This document shows positions 17,871-28,687 of a stretch of 64,000 nt of DNA, piece after piece. The stretch spans positions 2,176,001-2,240,000 of the forward strand of contig OZ245011.1 of assembly GCA_965223665.1 (NCBI GenBank). The letters are read 5' to 3'. Made by a program: the position numbers and the translations under genes. The first letter of the stretch is position 1. Each line of letters begins with the position of its first letter. This DNA is from Nitrospinaceae bacterium (GTDB lineage: Bacteria; Nitrospinota; Nitrospinia; Nitrospinales; Nitrospinaceae). The notes beneath the pieces were generated by a model that saw only the letters and a list, made by a program, of their open reading frames with translations, ran no database searches and was not told where the DNA came from.

Positions 17871-19712
17871 TCATTCTTTTGATTTAGGTTTTTGGCGGCG
17901 GATGTGTTCGAGGTTTTTTTGGATGGCCAGGACGTTGGCGTGGTCTTTGCCAAAGGCGGTTTTGAAAATGGCCAACGCGTTTTCAAAATATTCCGTGGCG
18001 ATTTTAGAGTTGCCTTTCATGTACCAGGCGCCGGCCAGGGTGCTCCAATGAAACCCCATCTTCGGATGACTTTTTCCATAAGTGACTCTATCGATGTCCA
18101 TTGCCTTTTCATAATACTCGATCGCTTTGTCCTGATCGCCCTTGCTGCTCCAGGCCACTCCCAGATGGTTCCAGCGTGCGGCCAGGTTGGGATGATCTTC
18201 CCCATAAGTTTTAATATCACTGTTCAAAGCTTTTTCTAAATACTCGATGGCTTTGTCAAAATTCTCTTGTGCACCGTAGGCCGATCCCAGGTTGTTCCAG
18301 TCGGCCGCCACATGCGGATGCTCTTCGCCAAAGTTTTTGAGATCGCTCGCCAGAGCTTTTTCATAATACTCGATGGCATTTTTGTAATTGCCTTTATCCT
18401 GCCAGGCGGTGCCCAGGTTGTTCCAACTGGTGGCCACTCGCGGATGTTTTTCTCCAAACGTTTTCTGGTTGACGGCTAACGCTTTTTCGAAAAACTCAAT
18501 GGCCTTATCGTACTTTTCTTTTTTGGCCCACACTTCACCAAGATGCGTCCACCTTATGGCCAGCTTGGGATGGTCCGGATCATACGTTTTCAGATCACTC
18601 GCCAACGCTTTCTCGTAATACGGAATGGCTTTGTCGTAGTTGCCTTTTCTCTCCCAGGTCATTCCGAGGTTGTTCAGGTTGGTGGCGATGCGTGGATGAT
18701 CTTCGCCATAGTTTTTGATATTGCTGGTCAGGGATTTATTAAAAAACTGGATCGCCTGTTCCAGGTTGCCCTTGTCTCTCCAGGCTTCTCCCAGGTTATT
18801 CCACGCCATGGCGATGAGAGGATGATCGGCACTGTGAGATTTTTTTAAATTTCTAACGGACCTGCCGTAATACTGAATGGCCTTATCGTAGTTACCGAGT
18901 TTTTTAAAAAGAAAACCGTTGGCGTTGGCATACAACGCATTGTCCTGGGCCAGTTGGGCCGCACTTTCCAAATGCTGCAGCGCCTGTGCGTATCTGGCCT
19001 GCTCGCTGTAAATTTTTCCCAGTCGGTAATGAACTAAAGCCTCATCGTCTTTACTGGGGAGTCGTGTTGGATGTCCCACCAATTCCTGCAACAGCTTTTC
19101 TGCTTCGGAGGTATCGCCTTTTTTCAAGGCCTGCCCGGCCAGTTTCAATTGTTCGGATGAAAACTGTTTTTCGAATTTCTGGAGATCGGTGTGAGTGTCT
19201 TTCAATAGCTGAATGTGATCTTCCAGGGAATTTTGCAAATCGACTTGTTTGCTTTGAATGGCGTGCATTTGCAATTGCAGGACTTTCATTCCTGCAAGGC
19301 TTTTACCGCGCGCCTCATTGATCTCAGCGCGAATTTCGGATTCGCGTTTTTTGAGAGTCGCCAGGTGCTGTCCCAAGGTGATTTCATAGACAATTTTTTT
19401 TTCTTCCGCGGGTGGGGTTCCATCAATGGGGTTGCCGCGAACCGGCTTGCCGGATCCTTGAGCCCAGGAAAGACTAACGGAACTTAAGGAGATCATTATA
19501 AAAAGGAGAAGAGTAATCAGAAAATATAAAACCCCTGGAGGTGAATCACCCCGACCGCGGGGAAGGCCCCGCCACCTGCATTTCATCTTCGATGGGTTCC
19601 ATCGATTTCTTAAATCCATCGACTTTTGGAAATCCTTTTTGCCTCCAACCGCTAGGTTGGGAAAGAGGGCGAACATGGGTCTCCGATTATTTTCTGTATT
19701 TGATTGTTCCAT
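17871..19712 (-). CDS. Tetratricopeptide repeat protein (42-aa kinesin-light-chain-type TPRs), probably exported
   Basis: About eight HPxxAxxWNNLGxxWxxKGxYDKAIxYYEKAL repeats. The true start is probably downstream (ATG 19586 or 19496) because the 5' extension runs through a repeat element. Confidence 0.88.
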   Translation of the reverse strand: MEQSNTENNRRPMFALFPNLAVGGKKDFQKSMDLRNRWNPSKMKCRWRGLPRGRGDSPPGVLYFLITLLLFIMISLSSVSLSWAQGSGKPVRGNPIDGTPPAEEKKIVYEITLGQHLATLKKRESEIRAEINEARGKSLAGMKVLQLQMHAIQSKQVDLQNSLEDHIQLLKDTHTDLQKFEKQFSSEQLKLAGQALKKGDTSEAEKLLQELVGHPTRLPSKDDEALVHYRLGKIYSEQARYAQALQHLESAAQLAQDNALYANANGFLFKKLGNYDKAIQYYGRSVRNLKKSHSADHPLIAMAWNNLGEAWRDKGNLEQAIQFFNKSLTSNIKNYGEDHPRIATNLNNLGMTWERKGNYDKAIPYYEKALASDLKTYDPDHPKLAIRWTHLGEVWAKKEKYDKAIEFFEKALAVNQKTFGEKHPRVATSWNNLGTAWQDKGNYKNAIEYYEKALASDLKNFGEEHPHVAADWNNLGSAYGAQENFDKAIEYLEKALNSDIKTYGEDHPNLAARWNHLGVAWSSKGDQDKAIEYYEKAMDIDRVTYGKSHPKMGFHWSTLAGAWYMKGNSKIATEYFENALAIFKTAFGKDHANVLAIQKNLEHIRRQKPKSKE

Positions 19713-20051
19713 TATCTTTTGTTATGCAAAGAACCCTTCATGAAAGGGGGAGCACATCCACTTTGTTTAAATACTTGTTGTATAGGGTTCATTGCAGAGT
19801 GATAGGAGACACTCTGGCAAAAGGGAATAATTTTATAAAACCCCTGGCGGCAAATCCCTCCAGCTCGGCCCCCGGCCGATTGGAAAATTGATTTACGATG
19901 AGCTAATTTCAATTCCATATCTTCACGAAGCTTTTTAATATTACTTCTACTTCTATCCACTAATTTAAAAAAGTGAAGTTTGATTCGTTTTTTCTTTTCT
20001 GTTTTTTCTCGGGGGCCGTTGCTAACCACATGCAAGTTCATATAAGGAACT

Positions 20052-21539
20052 TCATTTTTTTGGGAGGCGATCCAGGTAGTACTTCACATCATTATACTTA
20101 TGGTTAAGCCCGAAGTTTTGGTAAATCCCGGCGGCTTCTTGATAATTGACCAGAGCAGAATCATAATTGTTTTGCAGATCATAGGTATAACCGAGGTTGA
20201 ACTTTCGGTCCGCCACTTTGGGATGGTTGTTACCAAAAGTGTCTATATCGCTGGCCAGGGCCTGCTCAAAATAATCTAAGGCCTTCGGGTAATCTTCCTT
20301 ATCTCTCCATGCGGCACCCAGGTTATTCAATCCGACCGCAACTAAAGGATGCCCGGCACCGAGGGATTTTTTCCAGCTTCCCAGAGCTTTGGTGTAATAA
20401 TCGATGGCTTTGTCATAGTTTCCCTGGAGTCGGCACACTTCGCCCAGGTTGTTTTGATTGGTCGCCACCTGGGGATGCTCATCTCCATAGACCTGAACAT
20501 TGATGTCCAGCGCAGACTGATAATATTCGGTGGCCAAATCGTATTCGCCTTTGGCCCGGTAAGCGTCCCCCAGGTTGTTTCGATTCAATGCGACTGCAGG
20601 ATCTTCTTCCCCCAGATTTTTCACATTACTGTTGAGGGCTTTTTGATAATACTCCACCGCTTTATCGAGGTCTCCTTTATCCTGCCAAACGTCTCCCAGG
20701 TTGTTCCAGTTGGTGGCAATTTTAGGGTGGTCTTCCCCGTATACCTTGATATTGCCGGCCAGCGCTTTTTCATAAAATTCAATGGCCTTATCGTACTGAC
20801 CTTTGCTTTTCCAGGCTAACCCCAAATTGTTCATTCCCGTAGCAATGTCTGGGTAATCATCGCCCTCGCGGATCCGCCAGCTTTCGGTCGCCTTTTCATA
20901 AAACTCGATGGCTTTATCGTAATAACCCAGTGTCGAGTAAAGAATCCCAGTTTCGTTCGAATACAAACCGTCTCCCGGATCCAATTGAGCGGCTCGTTCA
21001 AAGTTTTTCAACGCTTCCGGATAATTCACTTCATCATCGGCCATTTTGGCTAGCCGGTAATGTCCCACCGCCAGTTTTTCGACGGCAGCCAACAAGTCTT
21101 TATTTTCGATCACTTCTTTAATGAGTTTTTTAGCTTCTTCGAGATCGCCCTTTTCCAGGGCCTGGGTGGCGCGGTCCATCTGACCGGATGAAAACAGATC
21201 CTTGAACTTTTGCAGGTCTTCGTTAGTGTCTTGCAGTTGCTGGATGCGTTGCTGATAAGATTCTTCCAGGTTTTCCTGTTTCGCCTGAATACCACTCAAT
21301 TCCATTTCCAATCCATGAATCCGGGCACGGTCTTTTCCATGCTCACGTTCCAGTTCAGCGCGAATCTGGGCTTCCCGTTTCTGCAAAAAATCATGGTGTT
21401 GTTCCAGGGTGATGCCGGTGTAAATGATTTTGTCGCGGCCAATCTTATCTTCGCCGACTTTATCGCCTCCTACCTGGTCCCCTTGCACCGAATGACCCAA
21501 AGGCGGAACATTTTTTTCTGAGGTTTTGTCGTCACTCAT
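20052..21539 (-). CDS. TPR protein with N-terminal GDKxG repeats and coiled coil
   Basis: VQGDQVGGDKVGEDKIGRDKI, then GITLEQH coiled coil, then 42-aa TPRs. Confidence 0.9.
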   Translation of the reverse strand: MSDDKTSEKNVPPLGHSVQGDQVGGDKVGEDKIGRDKIIYTGITLEQHHDFLQKREAQIRAELEREHGKDRARIHGLEMELSGIQAKQENLEESYQQRIQQLQDTNEDLQKFKDLFSSGQMDRATQALEKGDLEEAKKLIKEVIENKDLLAAVEKLAVGHYRLAKMADDEVNYPEALKNFERAAQLDPGDGLYSNETGILYSTLGYYDKAIEFYEKATESWRIREGDDYPDIATGMNNLGLAWKSKGQYDKAIEFYEKALAGNIKVYGEDHPKIATNWNNLGDVWQDKGDLDKAVEYYQKALNSNVKNLGEEDPAVALNRNNLGDAYRAKGEYDLATEYYQSALDINVQVYGDEHPQVATNQNNLGEVCRLQGNYDKAIDYYTKALGSWKKSLGAGHPLVAVGLNNLGAAWRDKEDYPKALDYFEQALASDIDTFGNNHPKVADRKFNLGYTYDLQNNYDSALVNYQEAAGIYQNFGLNHKYNDVKYYLDRLPKK

Positions 21540-22474
21540 TCGCTTTCATTCAGCACCGAGTATTCACGCAATGGATCGAGATAAGTTTTTACATCTTTCA
21601 CCAAATGATCCAACCCGAATTTCTGGTAGGTCGCTAAAGCTCTTTCGTAATATTGCAAAGCGGTGGGGTTTTTCTCTAAAAACTCATACATAAATCCAAG
21701 ATTAAAACAGCGGTCTGCAATCTTCAGATGATCTTCCCCAAAGTTTTTGAGATCGATGGACAAAGCTTTTTCATAAAACTTCACTGCCTTTTCGTATTGG
21801 CCCAGTGCAAAGAAAAGGTACCCTGTATTTTCCAGATACAATATTTTATCCGGAACCAGTTGGATGGCGCTTTGAAAATAGTCCAGGGCTTTGGGGTAGT
21901 CGAAATCGTTCTCGGCCAGTCGACCAATCTGGAAAGCGACTTCAGCCGCCTGCAGCTTGAACTGGTCTAACGGTTTATCCGGGTGAGCGATAAAGGTCAG
22001 ATAATGATCCAAAGCCTGTTGGAAAAGATTTTCAGCCTTTTCTGTTTTACCTTCGTTGAGAAGAGCTTCCGCTTCATTAAGCTGTCCCTTTGGAATCGTG
22101 GGTTGCCGCTCTAATGCTTCCATTGCTTCGGCCAAATAAGTTTTGGTTTTTGGCAAATCGTTTTCGATATGCTTGAGCCGATCGAGGGTCAGGTTTAAAA
22201 TATTTTCCAGGAAATCAATTTCTTTATCATCTCGGAGATCCCCTTTGGCATATTCCTTTTCCAGCTCCTTTTGGACCTGGTGAATTTCTCTCTCCAACTC
22301 CTTCTTGTGACCGGCCAGTGAGACTCCCGTTATATTATTTCCCAGACTCGCATCCCCACTGTAAATATCTTCTTGAACATGATCTCTATAAAACTTGATT
22401 CTTCGAGTCAAAGAAAGGGTTGCCCTTTTCTTAAAAGGAACCTGGATATTCCGGGATTTCATATTTTTAGCCAT
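21536..22474 (-). CDS. Short TPR protein, paralog of the neighbours
   Basis: GVSLAGH coiled coil plus three TPRs; C-terminus FGLDHLVKDVKTYLD matches FGLNHKYNDVKYYLD of the next gene; ATGA coupling. Confidence 0.88.
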   Translation of the reverse strand: MAKNMKSRNIQVPFKKRATLSLTRRIKFYRDHVQEDIYSGDASLGNNITGVSLAGHKKELEREIHQVQKELEKEYAKGDLRDDKEIDFLENILNLTLDRLKHIENDLPKTKTYLAEAMEALERQPTIPKGQLNEAEALLNEGKTEKAENLFQQALDHYLTFIAHPDKPLDQFKLQAAEVAFQIGRLAENDFDYPKALDYFQSAIQLVPDKILYLENTGYLFFALGQYEKAVKFYEKALSIDLKNFGEDHLKIADRCFNLGFMYEFLEKNPTALQYYERALATYQKFGLDHLVKDVKTYLDPLREYSVLNESE

Positions 22475-22556
22475 TACTTAATTCCTAACATAACTTTAAA
22501 ACATTAATCACTTTTCACCGGTCAGGGGGGAACATTCCCACCTCAACGGAGATCTC

Positions 22557-23099
22557 TTATATTAAGGCCAAAGCAAAGCCGACCAGTTTGCCGATCTTTT
22601 TCGCAATGGGTACTGCTTTCTCATAAATGCTGGTCACCTTATCCGCTAAACTTGCGGTTTTTTCTACGGTGGTATTCACTTTTCCTAAAAACCCTTCCGC
22701 GCCTTTCACGAAATCTGAGACCTTATGGGTCGCTTCTTCAGAAGCCGCTTCACCAACTTCTACGGACTCGACACTTTCTTTAGCAGTTTTCAAATCTTTC
22801 AGTTGGCTGGTGGCTTCGAGAATCAAATCATTTTTGTCGTCATCGTTTACATCTTCTGAGTTCATTATTTCAGTGCGGATTCCTTCTATGAGAACTTTTA
22901 ATTCCTCCATTCCGTCGACAGTCTCTTTTTTGGCTTCTGGTTTTTCGAACCAGGTTTGCGAAATATTGTGGGTAATTTTATTACCGCCAATTTTATCGCC
23001 CATAATTTTATCGCCGCCGACTTTATCCCCCTGGATAATGTCACCACCCGCGGATATATTACCGCCAGCTGAAATACCGCCTTTATTTTCGTCGCCCAT
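22557..23099 (-). CDS. Hypothetical protein with N-terminal Gly-rich GDKxG pseudo-repeats and a helical C-terminal domain
   Basis: GGISAGGNISAGGDIIQGDKVGGDKIMGDKIGGNKIT; AGGAG RBS. Confidence 0.85.
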   Translation of the reverse strand: MGDENKGGISAGGNISAGGDIIQGDKVGGDKIMGDKIGGNKITHNISQTWFEKPEAKKETVDGMEELKVLIEGIRTEIMNSEDVNDDDKNDLILEATSQLKDLKTAKESVESVEVGEAASEEATHKVSDFVKGAEGFLGKVNTTVEKTASLADKVTSIYEKAVPIAKKIGKLVGFALALI

Positions 23100-23618
23100 G
23101 TTTACTTTCTCCTGTGAAAGTTTTTTTTACAGACTGTTTTTATCCAAATAGTTTTGGGAAAAACTGAATGTTTTCAGGAAATTCCATTTCAACTTAATAG
23201 GATCCCCATCCGGTGGGCGAAACTGCCAATCCTTTTACCTCTTGCAAGGGCTACCTAAAAGGACTGTTCCTATATTCGATATTTATCAAAACATACTCCT
23301 TTCAATTTTGAGGTGCAAGAGTAAATTCCTGATCTTTTTAACTATCGAGGCCTTTATTTTAATGGGTTTACGTAAGGGTTTAATTCTCAAACACTTCCCC
23401 TTAACCGGGGCGCTTCTATATATATAAATTTAATTCAGGATTAGGACTCGATGAGGTTAGCCGTGCGTTGGGATAGGGAGAAAAATGGGGAAAGATCTTC
23501 TTTTCGAAGGGCGGGGGTATTAAACTTGAGCGGGGTTTCTTTTCAAAAATTCTGAAAACTTAAAAGCTTTTTAGATTTTGGATCTGGTTCAAGTGGGAGG
23601 GAAAAACTGGGAACGCTG

Positions 23619-23876
23619 TTATTTGTTTTGGCTGATCTCTTTATCTTGTTCTTCTGAGGAAATTTTTACCTCGTCCCAATGATCAATAATCTGGTGCGCA
23701 ATACTTTCCAAATTCGAATGCGGCCCATAACCTCCGGGGCAAGACCAAAGCGGTTGTTTTTCTCCATGAAGGTAAGCTTCAAATTTTACCAACCTGTCAA
23801 TATGAACCTCGCCCACTTTCTGGTTTTCATAAATTTCCACTTGATGCCCTTTGTAGGCAAACAACTTTTTATTCAT
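23619..23876 (-). CDS. Hypothetical protein
   Basis: ORF with GAGGAGG RBS before ATG 23876. Confidence 0.6.
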   Translation of the reverse strand: MNKKLFAYKGHQVEIYENQKVGEVHIDRLVKFEAYLHGEKQPLWSCPGGYGPHSNLESIAHQIIDHWDEVKISSEEQDKEISQNK

Positions 23877-24533
23877 AGACTGCCCCTCCTCTGTATTCAC
23901 AGGCGCGCTATTAAAAAATGAACTCGAAGTTTAATTTCAAAATATTCTTATGAATTTCTAAAACACTTCCAACAATTTAAGTTTAGGATAAAATTGGTCC
24001 ACCATTTTCCAACCCACTTAAAGCGCCTCTTGAGACATTGGTTGGTATGAGTCACGGGGATTCATTGAGTTTGAGTGGACCCAACAGAACTTAAGCTCAA
24101 ACTTAAAATTTCATATTTTATAGCAATCCAATATTTTTGATAAAACGAACCTATAAAAAAAAATATCGGAATCTACTAGGTTTATACCACAAAAAGGGCT
24201 TACGTTTCCTTAATTTTTGAAAAATTTTTATTTTGATTTTCAAAAAAATTCCTAACACAAAAAAGTTATTTATTTTCAAATACTTGTAAAGGCGTAATTT
24301 AGAGATAGATAATTGAAATAAACCGATTCAGTTCCTGCTCACCCCAAACAAACTATTCGAATCAAATATTTTAAATGTCCCTCGAATATAGTAGATAATT
24401 TTATTAGGTTTAAGAATATGGTTCTTCTCCACATTACCCTGATGTTAATAATGAGGCTTTTCGTTATTATGTGACAACCCAATCGTAAAACTGGGAGCGG
24501 TTCAATTTAATTTTTTACTCGCAGCAGGTACTC

Positions 24534-25190
24534 ATGAATTTCATGTTTCTGATCCGGTGGATCCCTCCAAAAATACTGTCGGCCCAGGCCAGGAAGCCAA
24601 GGGGTTTTCTGGGTCGTTATTTAATGAAGAATATTTTTATTAATAACAACGCCGACCTGAATGCATTTATAAAGGAAAACCTGGGCTTAAAGTCCAACGA
24701 TCACGTTTTAGAAATCGGATTTGGACCCGGGCGACTCATTCACGCCATGGCGAAAACAGTTTCTGAGGGAGTCATTGAAGGAATCGATTTTTCCCGCGTG
24801 ATGCATGAGGAAGCAAGTGCTTTTAACCAGGAGTCCATTGCTTCGGGAAAGGTTCAGCTGCATTCGGGAAATTGTGAAAGCCTCCCTTTTTTAGACCAAA
24901 CGTTTCATAAACTCTGCTCCGCCAACACTCTTTACTTTTGGAAGGATCCCTTACCCTACTTTCAAGAGATGTATCGTGTCCTCAAACCCGGAGGAAGCCT
25001 GGTGATTGGGTTTCGTGATGATGAGCAAATGAAACCGCTGCGGTTGGACCGTACGGTATTTAATACCTACACTCAGGATGAAGTGAAGAACCTGCTTTCC
25101 CGAGTCGGGTTTCAGGAAATCGACATTAAAAGCAAAATCGGGAAGCCCTTTGACTCGCTTTGCGCGGTAGGAACCCGGCAAAACCAATAG
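24534..25190 (+). CDS. Class I SAM-dependent methyltransferase
   Basis: VLEIGFGPG, GIDFS, LPF...F, RVLKPGG motifs. Confidence 0.92.
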   Translation: MNFMFLIRWIPPKILSAQARKPRGFLGRYLMKNIFINNNADLNAFIKENLGLKSNDHVLEIGFGPGRLIHAMAKTVSEGVIEGIDFSRVMHEEASAFNQESIASGKVQLHSGNCESLPFLDQTFHKLCSANTLYFWKDPLPYFQEMYRVLKPGGSLVIGFRDDEQMKPLRLDRTVFNTYTQDEVKNLLSRVGFQEIDIKSKIGKPFDSLCAVGTRQNQ

Positions 25191-25835
25191 GAATTCCAAT
25201 ATATTTTTGGCATAACAAATTAATTTCATGGTTTTTTTTCCACCCTTTAGAAAAATGTTGTGAATCCAATCTACATTTTTCTGGTTAAGGAACACCTCGA
25301 TTCACACCCTTATTTAATTAAAGTTCAGGGTTTTCCCAGGGGGTTCCAGGAAAATTAAGATTGAGTTTTCTGTTTTTACGGAGAATGATCCAATAAGACG
25401 TTGACCTGTAACCTATTTTAGCTGAAACTGGAAAACAAAAACGTATTAATTGTTCCGATATTAAGGGGGCTTATTTTTGAAGGAACTCCCCAGAGTTCAT
25501 TTGAAAAGGTAGAAATATCGGATAAAGAAGTTTAGGTAAATTAGAAAGGAAAAGAGAGAAACAAGGAAAATTGGATTTTTTCATAATTTTCTAAGGGGGG
25601 GAAGGTAAAGTCACCTTCTCTATAGACGCGCCTACAACTCATTACCTTGTTTTTTGCGGTTATAGTTTAATTCCGGAGGGACTGTGTAATTTTTCCGGGA
25701 ATAGATTCTAAAACTCAAGGTCTTTAATTCACTCTAAAGCTGCTCCCCTAAATAGAAATTCGTAATTCCGGCTCAAATTGTTTAGTGAGCGATTCGTACA
25801 CTATCAATAACAATTATTAGAATATATAAAATCAA

Positions 25836-26843
25836 ATGACCCAGGAAACCGCTGAAAGAGTTATACCTACTGAATTTACTGATCGTGTTTGCAACATCCT
25901 TATCGTTTGTATTAAAGGAATGCGGGACCAGCTTCTCATCGAAGATCCTTTAAACCAAAAATTAGAACAGTTAGAAAAAGTCATCCGTAAAGCTGCCCGT
26001 ATCGGCCAAATGACGGATTTAGGTAAAGCCATTGAAGATTTCTTCAAGGGTAAAAAACTGGAGAGCCAGTTTAAAGAATCAGAGAAAGAAGAAACCAAAA
26101 CCATTGTTCTTAGCATGGTGGGCGTGCTCAAAGAGGTGGTGGGCAATTTGGGAAGTTGCGACGATCATTTTGATGACTATATTAAAAAGATCGATGCTGC
26201 CGAAGACCTGAAAGATATTTTAGAAATCAAAAAACACCTCACCGATGAAACGCAAAAAATCAAAGACAGCACACAAAGCCTGAGAAAAGATTTAGAGAAT
26301 AGTCACCAAACCATTGAAGAGCTTACCAAAAGACTGGAGGACTCCAAAAATGAAAGTATGGTCGACGCGCTCACCAAAACCTTAAACCGGGCGGCGTATA
26401 ATTTGAAAATCAGCCATGCGTTACGCCAGTTCAAATTGACTCAAAAAACAAGTGTGCTGATGGTTTGCGATATCGATCATTTCAAAAAGTTCAATGACAC
26501 CTACGGTCACAAACTGGGAGACAAAGTGCTTTGTGCCGTGGCCTCTTCCATTCAAGGGAGTGTCCGCAAATCAGACGATATCTTTCGCTATGGAGGTGAA
26601 GAGTTTGTGGTCTTGTTGGGAGAATGTCCGCTGGAAGTGGGAAAACGCATTGCTGAAAAAATTCGTTCCACTATTGAGGGGGATTACCTGGTGCATCAGG
26701 AAGAAAAAATTTCCGTCACCATCAGTATCGGCGTGACTGCCCTCAAACCGGAAGACACTGAGGAATCGTTTTTTGAGCGTGCCGATAAAGCCATGTACCG
26801 CGCAAAAGAAGAAGGCCGCAACCGGATAGAAATCGAAAAGTAA
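25836..26843 (+). CDS. Diguanylate cyclase (GGDEF) with N-terminal coiled coil
   Basis: DIDHFKKFNDTYGH, RKSD I-site, RYGGEEF, RADKAMYRAK. Confidence 0.95.
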   Translation: MTQETAERVIPTEFTDRVCNILIVCIKGMRDQLLIEDPLNQKLEQLEKVIRKAARIGQMTDLGKAIEDFFKGKKLESQFKESEKEETKTIVLSMVGVLKEVVGNLGSCDDHFDDYIKKIDAAEDLKDILEIKKHLTDETQKIKDSTQSLRKDLENSHQTIEELTKRLEDSKNESMVDALTKTLNRAAYNLKISHALRQFKLTQKTSVLMVCDIDHFKKFNDTYGHKLGDKVLCAVASSIQGSVRKSDDIFRYGGEEFVVLLGECPLEVGKRIAEKIRSTIEGDYLVHQEEKISVTISIGVTALKPEDTEESFFERADKAMYRAKEEGRNRIEIEK

Positions 26844-27027
26844 TTCCAGAAAATCCACTGGCCTTCAAAAAGTTTCCACCTTCTTTCTTTTGAAAACCCT
26901 CTTCTTACCCATAGATTTTTAGAATGGCTGAAGGCCCGGGCTCGTCCTATTTTTTTCTTTATTCCCCCCGTTTTTTTTATACAATTAATCTCACAAGTGT
27001 TATCGCCTTCAGGGAGAGTATGGGTTT

Positions 27028-27675
27028 ATGAATGAAACCCCGATAAAAATTTTTATGGTGGACGACCATAACCTGTTTCGAGACTGTTTGAGTGACGCGC
27101 TGAAAAACCGGGGTGGAGACATTGAGGTTGTGGGTCAGGCACAGGATGATCAAGGCCTGCTGCAAAAGATCAAAGATTCAGGATGCAATATCATCCTGCT
27201 GGACATCATCATCCCGGGTTGTGATTCTTTGGATCTTTTGAAAACCTTTAAAATCGAATTCCCCGATACACCGGTTCTGGTATTGAGTTCCCACTCGGAG
27301 GAAAAATTTGGTCCCCGGTATTTAAAAGCAGGAGCTTCCGGGTATTTTTGCAAAATGGATACTCTGGATGAACTGATAGACAGTGTCCTCAAAGTGAAGA
27401 GCGGGCAAATTGCCATCAGTTCTTCCCTTTCCAACCTGATCGTTCAAAGTAGTTTGAATCAGAAACAACCTGAAAGTCATGATATTTTATCGGACCGCGA
27501 ATTTCAGGTGATGTGTTTAATGGGGTCCGGTCTCCAGTTATCGGAAGTGGCCGAGCGGCTCCACTTAAGTCCTAAAACCGTGAGTGGCTACCGGTGCCAG
27601 ATTTTAGAAAAAATGGGATGGAAAAATAACGCGGAAATGATGCGTTATACCATTGAAAACGATTTGGCGTTTTGA
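27028..27675 (+). CDS. NarL/UvrY-family response regulator
   Basis: VDDH, LLDI receiver domain; LSDREFQV...LSPKTVSGYR LuxR HTH. Confidence 0.93.
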   Translation: MNETPIKIFMVDDHNLFRDCLSDALKNRGGDIEVVGQAQDDQGLLQKIKDSGCNIILLDIIIPGCDSLDLLKTFKIEFPDTPVLVLSSHSEEKFGPRYLKAGASGYFCKMDTLDELIDSVLKVKSGQIAISSSLSNLIVQSSLNQKQPESHDILSDREFQVMCLMGSGLQLSEVAERLHLSPKTVSGYRCQILEKMGWKNNAEMMRYTIENDLAF

Positions 27676-27744
27676 CGATTATTCCGGGAAACTCATTTAT
27701 CTTCCTCACTTCCTAAATTTAAGAAAACCCCTGAAGGTCAATCA

Positions 27745-27924
27745 CCCCAGCCCTCTTTAAAAAGAGACTTTTGCGTAAGTCAGAAAAAATAAAACCCCTG
27801 AATGTGAATCACCCCGACCCTCTTTAGGAAAGAGGGCGAACATGGGTTTCCAGTTTTTAATTAGACCTGTTTGTTCAATAATCCTTGCTTATGCAAGGCT
27901 CTCCTTTAAAAAGAGGGAGCACAT
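27745..27924. repeat. ~180-bp dispersed palindromic element, copy 2
   Basis: Near-identical to 17625..17804. Confidence 0.9.
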
Positions 27925-28202
27925 TAACTCCCCCATTTAATATTTTTTGTGTTCTATTCAGAAATTCCACCTATGTGACGGTCCAGTTTATCTTTTGCCT
28001 TCCTCATTCTATTGATCCTCCAAAATTCAAAACCCTTGATTTTTGCGTACTTAATAATTTTTGCCATCCAATTCCCTGTCATCAATCAAGCCAAATTCCG
28101 GTACCCCTTTTATCGAATTCTTTATAAATTTCTATACGACCCGAAAGTTGGGTCATTACTTAAAAACCTGGAGATGAAAATTTAAAAAGGAGTGACAACA
28201 CA

Positions 28203-28607
28203 ATGAAAAGAATATTCTCAATGCTCGCGGTTTTAGTGGTTTTTGGTTTCTCCACCGGTGCGTTCGCTAACAACTCAGTGAGCATTACCAAACCCGCAGA
28301 TGGTGCCACCGTTTCCGGACCGGTTGAAGTCTGTCTGGAAACTCATGGTGTCGAAGTGGAACCTGCAAAAAAAGGCGTGAACGATGGAAAAGGACATCAC
28401 CATATTCTCATCGATGTCGACCTCCCCGGAGATTTGAGCAAACCTATCGGAAAAGACGCCAACCATGTGCATATGGGCGATGGTTCCACCTGTAAGACTT
28501 TAGAATTGAGTGCAGGAAAACACACCATTCGTGCTTTGTTTGCAAAGGGAAATCATGTTCCTTATAGCCCTGCAATCACAGCAACGGCGACCATAACGGT
28601 GAAGTAA
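28203..28607 (+). CDS. Secreted DUF4399-like protein
   Basis: Signal peptide; PADGATVSGPV, GHHHILID, HVHMGDG, GKHTI motifs. Confidence 0.8.
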   Translation: MKRIFSMLAVLVVFGFSTGAFANNSVSITKPADGATVSGPVEVCLETHGVEVEPAKKGVNDGKGHHHILIDVDLPGDLSKPIGKDANHVHMGDGSTCKTLELSAGKHTIRALFAKGNHVPYSPAITATATITVK

Positions 28608-28687
28608 TTCTCCAAAGTCGACACGGAGTCGAAATGGGAGGGTATGGAGAAACTTCTTCGTTTTAATTTTTTACCTGGAGAATCGTC

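Noticed and set aside
19712-20041. 109-aa ORF between the TPR genes
   Set aside because: It largely overlaps dispersed repeat sequence also found at ~12070-12150 and ~17770-17805, and has no recognisable motif.
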